Shown here piece after piece: positions 13,016 through 24,200 of a stretch of 64,000 bases of DNA (positions are counted from its first letter, which is position 1; each line of letters opens with the position of its first letter). The position numbers and the translations under genes were made by a program. The DNA is taken from positions 62,001 to 126,000 of the forward strand of contig CDMY01000130.1 of the NCBI GenBank assembly GCA_001179505.1, in the 5' to 3' direction. The DNA is from Vitrella brassicaformis CCMP3155 (Eukaryota; Protista; Chromerida). The notes under the pieces are model-generated. The model was not told the origin of the DNA. It ran no database searches and saw nothing but the letters and a program-made list of their open reading frames with translations.

Positions 13016-13490
13016 TAGTCTTGCTGGCCTCTGATCTCCCGTTTTCATCTTAGCGCATCATGTGTGTCTCGCTCCTCTCTTGGCGTTGGTTTTCCCGTAC
13101 AGACAGCGGTTTTCCATCCATCCATGTATGTGAGCAGGGACGATGGTGCTTAGTGAGTGAGTGGACCCATGCGTGTGCTTCCATAAATGAGTGAATGTCT
13201 CGTATGTGACGTTGATTGTCTGTCCGCGGACTGATCGAGGCTGCTGAGCATTGTTCGACGATTGCTGGTCCTCTGCCAAGGCTAAAGCCTACACTCGCTA
13301 CGTTGTTGTTACGTTGCCTCCTGCCAGCTCTTTTTCGACGATTCGGCGGCAGAGATAAGGCCAAGTAGGCGACTCGAGCGAAAAAAGGAAAAATGACCGA
13401 CTGCTTCTGTCGGTTGTGAGCCTGGAGCGCTAATTCCTGGTGTGTTCTATGGGTTTCTAGTGTGTCTCAGTTGTCCTTGGCGCCTGTATT

Positions 13491-14769
13491 TCAGGGCACG
13501 GCGTGGATAATCGTGCCGAGAAACGCGCAGACAAGGCCAACAACGCCTGCGACGCGACGCCACGACACAACGCAACAAGGTGTCAGTATAGTGTGTGGGC
13601 TCATTCATTCATGTGGATACTGACCGAGGATGGATGAGTAGCCCATTGGACACTTTATGTCATCTTCGCCGTCCGTGCAGCTGATTTGGTCATCATCCGT
13701 GCCCTCGGACGTCATGGCGCCCCACACGACCAGACCTGCACACGGCACGCACATTCGTGTCTCTCTGCCTCGGTGTTCTGGTGGATGTGCCGACCGAGAA
13801 AGATGAAGAGCAGCGAAGCGCCCCACGCAGCGAGGCCAGGAATGTACCACTTCTTGTCCTGGAAGGAAAGTGCGCTGAGCGAGAAATGAACACACACACA
13901 CACACACACAGAGACGGGGAGAGAGACACACACATCTGTGTTCGCGGGCACTTATCGAGGCTAAAGAAGCAGGAGGACCTGAAGGCCATTCCGGCGAGAA
14001 GCGCTACCATGCCAAGGGCACCGAAGACAATCATGACGAGGCCAGAAGCGATGGCTTTATCGATCATGGTACAAGTGTCCTAGCCACACAAGGAGGAAAG
14101 GGCAGCAAGGATACTTCCTGTCATGTAATGTCTCTTCACCTCCATTGCGTCCTTGCACTCGCCACCGTCCTTGGATTCGAAATGCTCTTTGTACTTGGCG
14201 TGTGCTGTCCTGAACGAATACAGGAGGCAGGCAGGCAGGCAAGCAGGCAGGTAGGCAGGCATTCATTCATCAGCATCTCGTGCTTCTGCGACTACATACC
14301 TGCAGGCGCAATAGTCAGTGCCGTCACGGGTCATGTCGCCGCACTTGGTATCGTAATCCTCGAAAAGCTTCTCCCTGTCCCCGCATTTGCCGTTGGCGGC
14401 CTCGCCATTCGAGGACGTCTCATATGCATCCACCGAATGCGTCAGCCCGAAGGACTGAATCTTCTTGTACTTGGGGGTCTTGTTGTCGTACATGGACTCC
14501 CTCCATGAGTCCGTTGCCATACCTGCAGCGATAAAAACGAAAGGCGGCCGGTCGGAAAAGCAACAAAGAGTACACAACCGCGGCTGTGTGCCGGCAGCCT
14601 CACCGGCGATAAGCAAGGCGAGAGCACATAGGCCTGCAAAGAGCAAATCAAGAAGAGAAAAGGCACGTCCCTCCTCCCCATCGTCCCTCTTACCGAAGCC
14701 GGCTGCCACGAGTTTGAGCACCCTCGTAGGGGATGAGCTCTTGTGCTCAACAGGGTTGGTGGGAGTCAT
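13491..14769 (-). CDS. Claudin/PMP22-like tetraspan membrane protein, paralogue 1
   Basis: TM1 (LLFAGLCALALLIAG), then MATDSW...SFGLTH...Cys-rich loop, TM2 (LVMIVFGALGMVALLAG), TM3 (IPGLAAWGASLLFIFLGLVVWG), CPMGYSSIL, TM4 (GVVGLVCAFLGTIIHAVP*). The claudin-family assignment is an inference from topology and the W...GL...C-C pattern. Confidence 0.7.
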
Positions 14770-14867
14770 CGGCACCGCGCAGACGAAAGCCTGAGGAAGT
14801 CCCAAAGAAAGACCCCGAGCCGCGATTTTTTAGATCAGATCTCTAATTGACCGCGCTCCTTTCCACT

Positions 14868-16357
14868 ATGCTCCCCTTTTGGCTCTCCTGCCCGTCATCC
14901 TATCCTCGCTTCTTCCTCTGCGTGGCCACCCTCACAGCCGCAGCTCTGCTGGGCCATTTCATCCTCACCGTCACCTCGCCGGCACAGGAGATGCGCACGG
15001 GCTCTCGGCAGTTGCTGGATCTGTCAGCAGAATCCAGCTTTGCAAATGGCTATCGGGACACAGATACCTTCCGCTTATGTCTGAAGGAGAACGAAAATGC
15101 CGTCAGCGGCTCATCTCTCACGGCAGATCTCTGCAGCAGCGGGAAGCGTGTTCACATCGCCATTGGCATAGACAACACGGGACTGGAGCCCATTCCCACC
15201 CTTCTCAACTCGGTTGACGCCAACCATCGCAACACGCCACTGGCGGGATGCCTGGATGTCCATCTCGTAACGATGGACGTGTCGTCAACACACCCAATCT
15301 TCGTAGCTCTGCGCGAAGAGGCCTTGGCGGCTCGAAGATGGCCGGCATTGAGGCTCCACCTGCTCAACTTCACTTATCTGCAGGTGGCCAACGACGTTGC
15401 AAAGATGCCCGCCATCCGCCCCTATCGCATCGGTGCGGCCCTGCATCGCAACGTCAACGGCGGCGGGGCTCCCATCACGCGAGCGGCCAGTCTTCGCATT
15501 TGGCTGCCGCACTTGTTGCCCAAGTCTGTTGGCCGAGTGCTGTATCTCGACTACGATGTGATTGTGGATGCGTCGCTGGAGGGGATTTTCGAGCTGCCGA
15601 TGAGACAGGATGAGGGCATCGCGGCTCGGTCGTTCCCTGCAGAGAAGGGAGGGGGGCGGGCAGTGGTGAGGGGGTGGCTCGAGAATGCAGGCGTCGGTGA
15701 CAAGTTCGTGTACACCGGGGCCGACAGGGCATTCAACTCAGGTCCGTGGATGCAACTTTGATTCGTTCAAGCGAGTGAACATCGTCATTTCTGTCTGTCA
15801 GGAGTGTTGTTGATGAACCTTGTCGTGCTGCGGTGCATGAACTTCTCGTCCACCCTGGGGAGGTGGAATGAGCTGTGGGGCATCAACGATCAGACGGCAC
15901 TCAATCTCTTCTTCAACGGAAGCTACCACGAGCTTGACAGGCGATACAACACATTCATCGACTCAGAAGGTGTGTGTATTTTGTCTTATGGATCCATAGT
16001 TTCTGTCTGCCGAATGGGTGTTTTGTGTTGTGGCTGGCTGGCTGGCTGGCTGGCCGGCTTGCAGACACGGAGCACGTGTCTCCATCTTTTGAGCCAGCCA
16101 TAATCCACTACAAGGGCGCCATCAAGCCATGGAGCCGTCCCGACAGCTGGGAGGCATTCATCACAAGCCACACGAGAAGACACTCGTACGCCAGTCTGTG
16201 GCCGCCATGTCTCTTCACGAGCTATGGCGCTAGAAGAAGAAGAGACACACATGTCAGCTATGATGATGGGTGCACGTATGTGCGGCCTGCGGTGCGTTCG
16301 CCGTTGATAAAGAAGTGGTGGGGCGTGTGGGGCAAGTACAGGACAGATCTCGCTTGA
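14868..16357 (+). CDS. Glycosyltransferase family 8 (GT8), type II membrane protein
   Basis: RIWLPHLLP...RVLYLDYDVIV (DxD at ~15547-15558), FNSG|VLLMNL, GINDQTALN...RYN and AIIHYKGAIKPW are GT8 motifs. N-terminal hydrophobic anchor. Confidence 0.9.
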
Positions 16358-16633
16358 GTGTAGGGATTGTGTGTGAATCGTTGGCTGTCCGTCAGCGGAG
16401 CCAGCGTTGTGGGTAATTGGCTTCCTGATGCACGAGAGCTTTTCACAAACAGCCATAACAGTGACTGAAAAAAGTCGTCAAAGGACTGGAAAAGGTCGAA
16501 TCAAGAGTGTCAGCAATCGAACACAAATCACAAATACAATGAAGATCGTCAAAGATGTTCGTCCAAATAAGTGCACAACCAAACAAGCGAGCAGCGATGC
16601 AGCAACCCCAGCCCCATCCTATTCCCTCACATG

Positions 16634-18236
16634 TCACTGGACAATGATTGTCTCTGCACTTTGACTAGGGGCCGCATCATCATAGACCACATCCATCCGC
16701 TGCAACGTCTCATTCACGGGCAGCCTGATAACCACAGCACACTCTCTGTCACATTGATGTCTCCCTTTTTTTTTGCTGTGGCGTCATGTGTTTCCCTCAC
16801 CACTTCAGAGGTGGCTCCACATTCTCTGTCTCATCACTGTAGTCAACGTGCCTCCACTGCCATCGCCGCAATTCATCTGTCACAGGATTCCTCACGGACG
16901 GGTGCACGCTCACGTCTCGCAGTGTCACATTCACACACGGACGGGCCTCCGAATCGCACGCCAAGAAGCCGGGGAAGAAGTTCGTGAAGGTCCCGGTCAA
17001 GCGCTCGACCAGCACGTCGCTGATGCGGACTGACTCTTTCTTCGGGGGGCGTCCGTCAGGCTTCCACACGTGCGGACCCGGGTGATCTGACACGAAAGGA
17101 ATGAAAAGGTCAGAAGGTCGATGCGCTGGATGGGCATGTGTTGTGTGTCTGACCTGGGTAGAACTGATTGATAACGACTGCCCTATCGACGTGGTCCAGC
17201 GTGATGTCGCGGTAGGTGATGTTGGAGACAGAGCCGACTGACCCAGGCCACGTCTTGATGCGAGCGCCCACCTCAGTGCGGTGGCACTTGATTCGCTGAA
17301 AGGTGACGTCATTCACGAAGCCCCTCGTGCCTTCTCTCCGGCCGCCGATGGAGCCGATCGTCACGCCATGGCCGCGACCGAAGACACAATCCTCAACGAG
17401 GATCTTCTCTGACCCACTCTTTATCTGCAGGCAGCACAAACACACAAAGGGACAGTGCAGATGACCAAGTGCACGTGACCTCTCCGTGTGTCTAGTGTTG
17501 GCTCGCTTACCGCCACATTGTCGTCTCCCGTGCTGATATCGGCGCGTCTTATCGTCACGTTATATGCCCTCAGTGTCTGAATGCCGTCGGTATTCGGCGA
17601 CGAGTCTGGTGCGCGGATCGTCACGTCCTCGACCAGAGCGTGCCGGCTCTCGTCGATGACGAGGTTGAACATGGGTGAGTCCTGCAGCCGAAGATTGTCC
17701 ACAATTACCCCCTCACACCGACGGAACACCACCAACACTGGCCTAAAGAAGTTGGCATCGGCTCCGCGGTTCCACGCGTCGAACACCAGCTGCCACCAGG
17801 CCGGGCCGTTGCCGATGACGCTCCCCGGTTCGCTGCTGACATCAGGTCGAAGGGAGCTACCAGTGACGCGGACATTCGCAGACTCCTCGATAAGTAAAAA
17901 CGCTGGTGTGCTGCCGAAGGGGTACGACGGCCATCTCGTGGGGTCATGGAAGGCCTGCAAGCTGCCCTCGATTCGGACAGTCATGTTGACAGCGCTGCCG
18001 ACGCGAATGGGCAGAGTGAAGAAGTCCCCATCTGGGATGTGGAGAGTGCCGCCAGTCTTGCATTCAGCGAGTGCATCCATGATGGCGGGATGGTTGTTGT
18101 GCCCTTCGCCGCTGACAGCGCCATAATCAAGTATGTTGCAGGTGCGCGTTGAGAGGCAGCAGCGAAGGAGAAGGGGCGCGAGCGGGATGACGAGGAGAGG
18201 TGACGCGGGGGGGAAGAGGATTCGCCGAGCCACCAT
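16634..18236 (-). CDS. Glycoside hydrolase family 28 (polygalacturonase-like), secreted; stop at 16634 or 16797 depending on the last intron
   Basis: All four GH28 motifs are present: SPNTDGI, TGDDNV, GRGHGVTIGS, GARIKTW. NILDYGAV at the N-terminus follows a signal-like hydrophobic segment. Confidence 0.93.
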
Positions 18237-18351
18237 CTCCGCGAGTCAGCAGTCCGAGTCGCCCTTCTGAAAGAGTTTGACGATGCCCGAACTCGCAAAA
18301 CGCCCCCCCCCGCCCTCCCCACATCCTTCCTTCTTCTCTCTGCCTGCACAG

Positions 18352-20691
18352 AGCCGGGCATCGGCAAGTACAAAGTCGGCAGTTTGTTCGGTAGGAGAAA
18401 CAGAGAGAATCCCTTCGCCCAGTGGCTGGGAGCGTTGTTGCGCCATTGCACCTTTAGGACTGACGCACGGAGCGTTCGTAGTTGAAAAAAGTAAGATTCG
18501 TACTCACTGCCTGGTGCCACATTACGCGTGCCTCCGATGAGTGCAGAGGACAAAGTGATCAAGGATCGCACCAATGGAAAGACGAAATGCAAAGACCTCG
18601 AGGACGAAGACGAGAAGTGCAGCGAGATCTCAATCCAGGTGCTGCTTTACCCATTCATGTCTCACTCATTCATTCATTCATTCATTCATTCATGACTCGC
18701 TCATTATTTGGTGTCTGCCTGTGTTCCTTGGTGTGCAGGGGGGCCAGTTCTGCTCGTGCAGGTGGGTTGGTGAACGTCTGAGTCAGAGGAAAGAACCGCG
18801 ATGGCCATGGCTTTTGCGGCTGTCTTCTGTAGAACCTCTTACTCCAAGCAAAAAAAGCGGCTGGACGATATCAAGGACTCCGCCGCTTACAAGGCTTTCC
18901 CGAAGGAAGACAAACAATCAATTGAGGTATCAGGAGAGTTTCTGGAGCTGAGTATGTTTTCATTGTGTACGCAATGAGTGAATGATACAGGACGGTCTGA
19001 CCGTCGTGCAGAAGCTCATCGATTCAGGCCTCGTCATGAGTAGGCATTGCATAGAGAAGGCGAGGCAAAAAGACGGGATCGGAGACAATGCATATAGACA
19101 GATAGAAAAAGACAATTCGGCACCATGTGTGCGTGTTCATTGGCCAGTCATCTTCGGTGCATTCGGCCTGGTCGGCCTCGTGGTTGGCGCTGTTTTCAGG
19201 TGACTACAAACACAACGAAAGCGTCTTGTGCTGTGTCTCGTCACACATATGTATATCTTCAGCGGCCTGTCCACCAAAGACGCCAAATGGCAGATGCCTG
19301 GTCCTTATCCGAAGAGAGAGAGAGAGAGAGAGAGAGGGAGGGAGAGACCTCTGCGTCTCTGATGCGTATGTACAGGCCTCATTGGCTGGATTGTTGGTCT
19401 CGTNNNNNNNNNNNNNNNNNNNNNNNNNNNNNNNNNNNNNNNNNNNNNNNNNNNNNNNNNNNNNNNNNNNNNNNNNNNNNNNNNNNNNNNNNNNNNNNNN
19501 NNNNNNNNNNNNNNNNNNNNNNNNNNNNNNNNNNNNNNNNNNNNNNNNNNNNNNNNNNNNNNNNNNNNNNNNNNNNNNNNNNNNNNNNNNNNNNNNNNNN
19601 NNNNNNNNNNNNNNNNNNNNNNNNNNNNNNNNNNNNNNNNNNNNNNNNNNNNNNNNNNNNNNNNNNNNNNNNNNNNNNNNNNNNNNNNNNNNNNNNNNNN
19701 NNNGTGCAGGGGGGCCAGTTCTGCTCGTGCAGGTGGGTTGGTGAACGTCTGAGTCAGAGGAAAGAACCGCGATGGCCATGGCTTTTGCGGCTGTCTTCTG
19801 TAGAACCTCTTACTCCAAGCAAAAAAAGCGGCTGGACGATATCAAGGACTCCGCCGCTTACAAGGCTTTCCCGAAGGAAGACAAACAATCAATTGAGGTA
19901 TCAGGAGAGTTTCTGGAGCTGAGTATGTTTTCATTGTGTACGCAATGAGTGAATGATACAGGACGGTCTGACCGTCGTGCAGAAGCTCATCGATTCAGGC
20001 CTCGTCATGAGTAGGCATTGCATAGAGAAGGCGAGGCAAAAAGACGGGATCGGAGACAATGCATATAGACAGATAGAAAAAGACAATTCGGCACCATGTG
20101 TGCGTGTTCATTGGCCAGTCATCTTCGGTGCATTCGGCCTGGTCGGCCTCGTGGTTGGCGCTGTTTTCAGGTGACTACAAACACAACGAAAGCGTCTTGT
20201 GCTGTGTCTCGTCACACATATGTATATCTTCAGCGGCCTGTCCACCAAAGACGCCAAATGGCAGATGCCTGGTCCTTATCCGAAGAGAGAGAGAGAGAGA
20301 GAGGGAGGGAGGGAGAGACCTCTGCGTCTCTGATGCGTATGTACAGGCCTCATTGGCTGGATTGTTGGTCTCGTCTTCATCCTCCTCGGTCTGATCGTGT
20401 GGGGCGCGATGACCGCCGAGGGGTAAGGAGACATGCAGACGGAAGGGGGTCAGATGCATGTGTCTCGGCTCTTCTTGCAGCACCGATGCCGACCAAGTGT
20501 CCTGCTCGGACGACAAAGGCAAGGACCGCGTCTGCCCCATGGGCCACAGCTCGATCCTCGGTGAGACAGGATCCCAAAGCCAACATTCATCGACTCGACT
20601 CACTTTCGTCCATGCGTGTGCTTCTTCAGCCCTGGTGGGATTCCTCCTCGCTGTGATCGGCACGGTCCTCCACGCCATTCCTTCGAAATAG
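18352..20691 (+). CDS. Claudin-like tetraspan paralogue 2; first (TM1) exon not found; interrupted by an assembly gap and duplication
   Basis: Exons PGIGKYKVGSLF|GLTHG..., GGQFCSC|RTSYSK, QKLIDSGLVM|IFGAFGLVGLVVG, LILLGLIVWGAMTAE, CPMGHSSIL and ALVGFLLAVIGTVLHAIPSK* align segment by segment with paralogue 1. Confidence 0.65.
18733..20374. repeat. 671-bp near-exact duplication (18733-19403 = 19704-20374) flanking a 300-N gap; probably an assembly overlap or haplotype artefact
   Basis: Constant offset of 971 bp. The only difference I found is one substitution inside a (GA)n tract. The copies abut the gap exactly. Confidence 0.85.
19404..19703. other. Assembly gap (300 N)
   Basis: Run of N, the same length as the other two gaps, so probably a placeholder size. 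Confidence 1.
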
Positions 20692-21206
20692 ACGGCCGGC
20701 ACACGACCACAACCAGCCGCACTCACACACACTCACGCAGTATGTATAACGTATGCCCATCATAGGTACCGAGGGGAAGGGGCGTTTCTCGTTTGAGTCT
20801 GCGCCGCTGTCTGTCCGTCCGTCGGTCTGCCTGTCTGTCTGTCTGTCTCCAACTTCTCATCTTCTCTTGCCTGTCCGTCGCTCTTTTGTTCCCCTTTTTT
20901 CCCCTGTAGGCTCATATGTACACACAGACATAGATACATACACATATGTACACACAAAATACCACAGACACACACAGAGGCACGCACACAGACACACCTT
21001 CGCAGGTGGCTTGCTAGTTTGCTCTGAGGTTTGCTGCTTTGAGAGATAGGAGAAAAGGTCGATACGGACTATGAATGATCCAGAACAACTGAATGATGAA
21101 TGAATCGATGCGCAGGACGGTTCACAGTGCTATTATTTTGTCCATCCCTGAAGCGCAAGGAATGCTCGAGCATCGCGTCAAGATATAAGCTCACCGACGC
21201 TCCCGA

Positions 21207-24200
21207 ATGCGGATGGCAATGAGTACCCGTTGGTTCGCCCATCACCGCAGCATCGCCTTGGCGATGCTCAACTCGCTCACTGCGGCACTGCGTCCCTCTC
21301 ATGCATCCGCGTCGTCCTCCCTCCCGGCATTCTGGAGCAGCACCTCACAGATCTGGTCCTCCATCTCGCCCATGCGACGCCCGCTGTCAACATCTGCCAC
21401 ACACCGACACGTCTTGCCACAGGCAGCCAGAAGGCGACGGCTCACACCCTCCATGCAGATGCTGCCGTTCTCCCCTCTGGATTACAGCGGTGACGACCTG
21501 CTGGTTGCGCATCTCATCGACACCAAGGTGCATCCGATGTGGCTGGAGAGGCTCAAGAAGCTGGAGAGGCCGGCTGCCAAGGAGTTGATCCCTTCTCTCA
21601 GGGGCGAAAACATGTTGGGTTTTGACGCGGCGAGCAGTCTGGTGAAGAAGGGCACGCTGTTCGAGTGGGTGCTGCAGCAGAAGAGGAAACACCCAGACAA
21701 GGTGCTGCTCGTCAGAGTGGGAGGTGAGGAGGGAGGGAAGGGTGCACACCAGAAGGAAATCGATGGACGCACACATTCATCCTTGCTTGATGGTTGCACG
21801 TGGATGATTCCGTGGCTGTTTGTGTGTGAACGTCAGAGTTCTACGAGACCTACGGGATTGATGCCCTCATGATGGTTGAGGTATGCAAAACGCCTGCATT
21901 GTCCAACATGCCTGCCAATACGACTGCATCGAACACCTATGCTGCTTTCCTCCCTCCCTCCCTGCAGTATGCCGGTCTCAACCCAATGGGCAGCAAAGCA
22001 AAGGCAGGTAAATGGATGGACGGATGGATGGACGGATCAAACATACTATCCGGCGCACAGGCAGAGAGGTAGAAATGCGCGTGCTCCGTCCGTCTGGTGT
22101 ATGCAGGTTGCCCGATCCGCAACATTCAGTCTACGCTCGACAGTCTGACGCGGGCCGGCCTCACAGTGGCGGTTTTCGAGGAGCTCAGCGACGCTGACGC
22201 TGAGAGGGGACCGCCCAGCAAACGAATTAAAAGGTCATAAGGCGACTGATGGAGAGAATTTGATGGCCGTAGGTGTTTGGTCTGGTTGCAGGCGTGTGTT
22301 GGCACAGATAGTGTCACCCGGCAGCTCTACGTACCTTTGTAAGGGCGGCCACATGCCACTTGACGTGACGGATACACAGACGCAGCTGAGCTGTTTGTGT
22401 ATCTTTGTGTGTCAGATGATTTGTGTCTGCGTGCTGACGATGTCGGCTATCGTGAGAGCAGACCGTAAGTCGACAAAGAGCAGAACTCCTCGAACAATGC
22501 TGTCTTTGCTTCCGTTGCGTTGTTCAGGTACGTCGCGCTCATGGGGACGGCATCAGGGTAACGTCTGCACGACTCACCGACGATTTGTAGACGTGTTGGT
22601 TGTGTCTGTCTGAGCGCAGCTATTCGATGTGTGAGATATTTATCGAGGAGAAGTTTGTGCGTGTGGCCGACCGGTTGACGCAAGAGGCGGCGCGCGTCAA
22701 GGTCGAAACTGCTGGTACGTCGTACGTCACACACGAGTGAAGAGAGCCAAGAGAGAGGGTGACCGCTTAAGCATTGTATGTGATTGCTTGTGTGAACATA
22801 TCAGGTGCTGTGGAGCCTATCTACATGCAGGATGTGTCAGAGTTGCTGCCGTTCCTGCCAGACTACCGTATCACCTTCAAAGGCCACCCCACGGCCTCCC
22901 ACTTCCACACCGCCGTCCTCAGAGACGTCTGCAAGAACCTGCAAATCAACCCGGCAGAATTCCAAGTGAGAAAACCACACCACATACGCACAGACGTTGA
23001 TGCAGATTATGCGGGTTCTGTCTGCCAGGTGGTGACTGGTACAGACGAGGATCGTCCGCGGCCTTTGTACACGTCTACGGTGACCCAGATAGGGCTGATC
23101 AAGACCTCTTCCATCCCGGTAGGCAGGCACCGACACACCCAGAGCACGCCAGTTCTGTGCTATAGTAGCTTGCTTGCCTTTTTTGGCGGCTGGCTGCTCT
23201 CCGCCCCTCCCTCCCTCCCTCCCTGCCTGTCTGCCTGGCTGCATGTGGTCTCTCTCTCGTCGCTCGAGTACATCCATCAGCAATCGTTGCCTTCCATGCA
23301 GGACCTCGTGCTGTCCCTCTTGCCCGACAACCACGCGGCTCACTCGAATCGCTTCTTGAGGAGGTGGATCCTCAGCCCGCCCCCCTATCGGCTGGCAGAC
23401 TCGATGCGCGACCTCTGCACCGCCCTCAGCCGGCTGCCGTGCGGCCTCCCGCCATTGAGACCAGTCCCTATCGGCAAACTCGTGAGTCTGATATCGGCTC
23501 GCGAGTGCAACGCGCCGTTCTTCCGAGACCTGCAGGACTGCCTTTCGTCGACCGTCGCCATGCTCAATCCTCAAGGTAGGAAAGGCGCGTTTCGTTGCGC
23601 GTGCCAACCAACATGCATCACGGTGTGGTCTTTTTCTGTGTTTCCTTTCAGGCTCTCTTGCCCAGAGTGTGCCGACGAAGCTGAGCGATATGTTCGGGGA
23701 GGAGGACGGCAGCAGCAGCAACAAGAGCAAGAGCAAGGGCAAGGCCAAGGCCAGAGGGGGCACTCACCACCCCTTTGATGGGGTGGTCGAGCCACTGATG
23801 GCGATCCTGGGCCACGAAACAGGGTTGGCGACGTCGAGGGAGCGGCTGCTGGACACCGGCACGCGAATACTGGACAATATCACACGTAAGGCAACTCAAC
23901 TCCCTCACTCACACACGCACGCCACTATGTTGACCATGTGACCATGTCAGCATGTGTATTCTTTCAGGTGTGGTTCGTCCGGTGACAGAGGAGGACCCGA
24001 GAAGCTATGACCCGTTTGGCTTTATCCCCCGGTCCTTCTTCGACAAGAACGAGGAGGAGTTCAGGGGCAAGGTCAACCCCTGCGCCAGCAGTGAGGTCGA
24101 CGCCGCCGTCGCCAAGTGCGAGGAGGCCGCACTGGCGCTGTCAGAGGCCATAGTCGAGGACTTCTTCAGAGTGCCGCAGACACTCAAGGTGAGAAAGAAG

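Noticed and set aside
19125-19922. Long ORFs containing X runs (also 25539-26363 and 33254-34633)
   Set aside because: Their length is inflated by translating through N gaps.
18733-20374. Apparent tandem exon duplication in tetraspan paralogue 2
   Set aside because: The copies abut a fixed-size 300-N gap and differ by one base in a microsatellite, which is typical of unmerged contig or haplotype overlap. Long reads would settle it.
22837-23763. 308-aa antisense ORF inside MSH1, and similar antisense ORFs over the PLOD-like, GH28, subtilase and FAD genes
   Set aside because: These are shadow ORFs of GC-rich coding sequence on the opposite strand, with no independent motifs.
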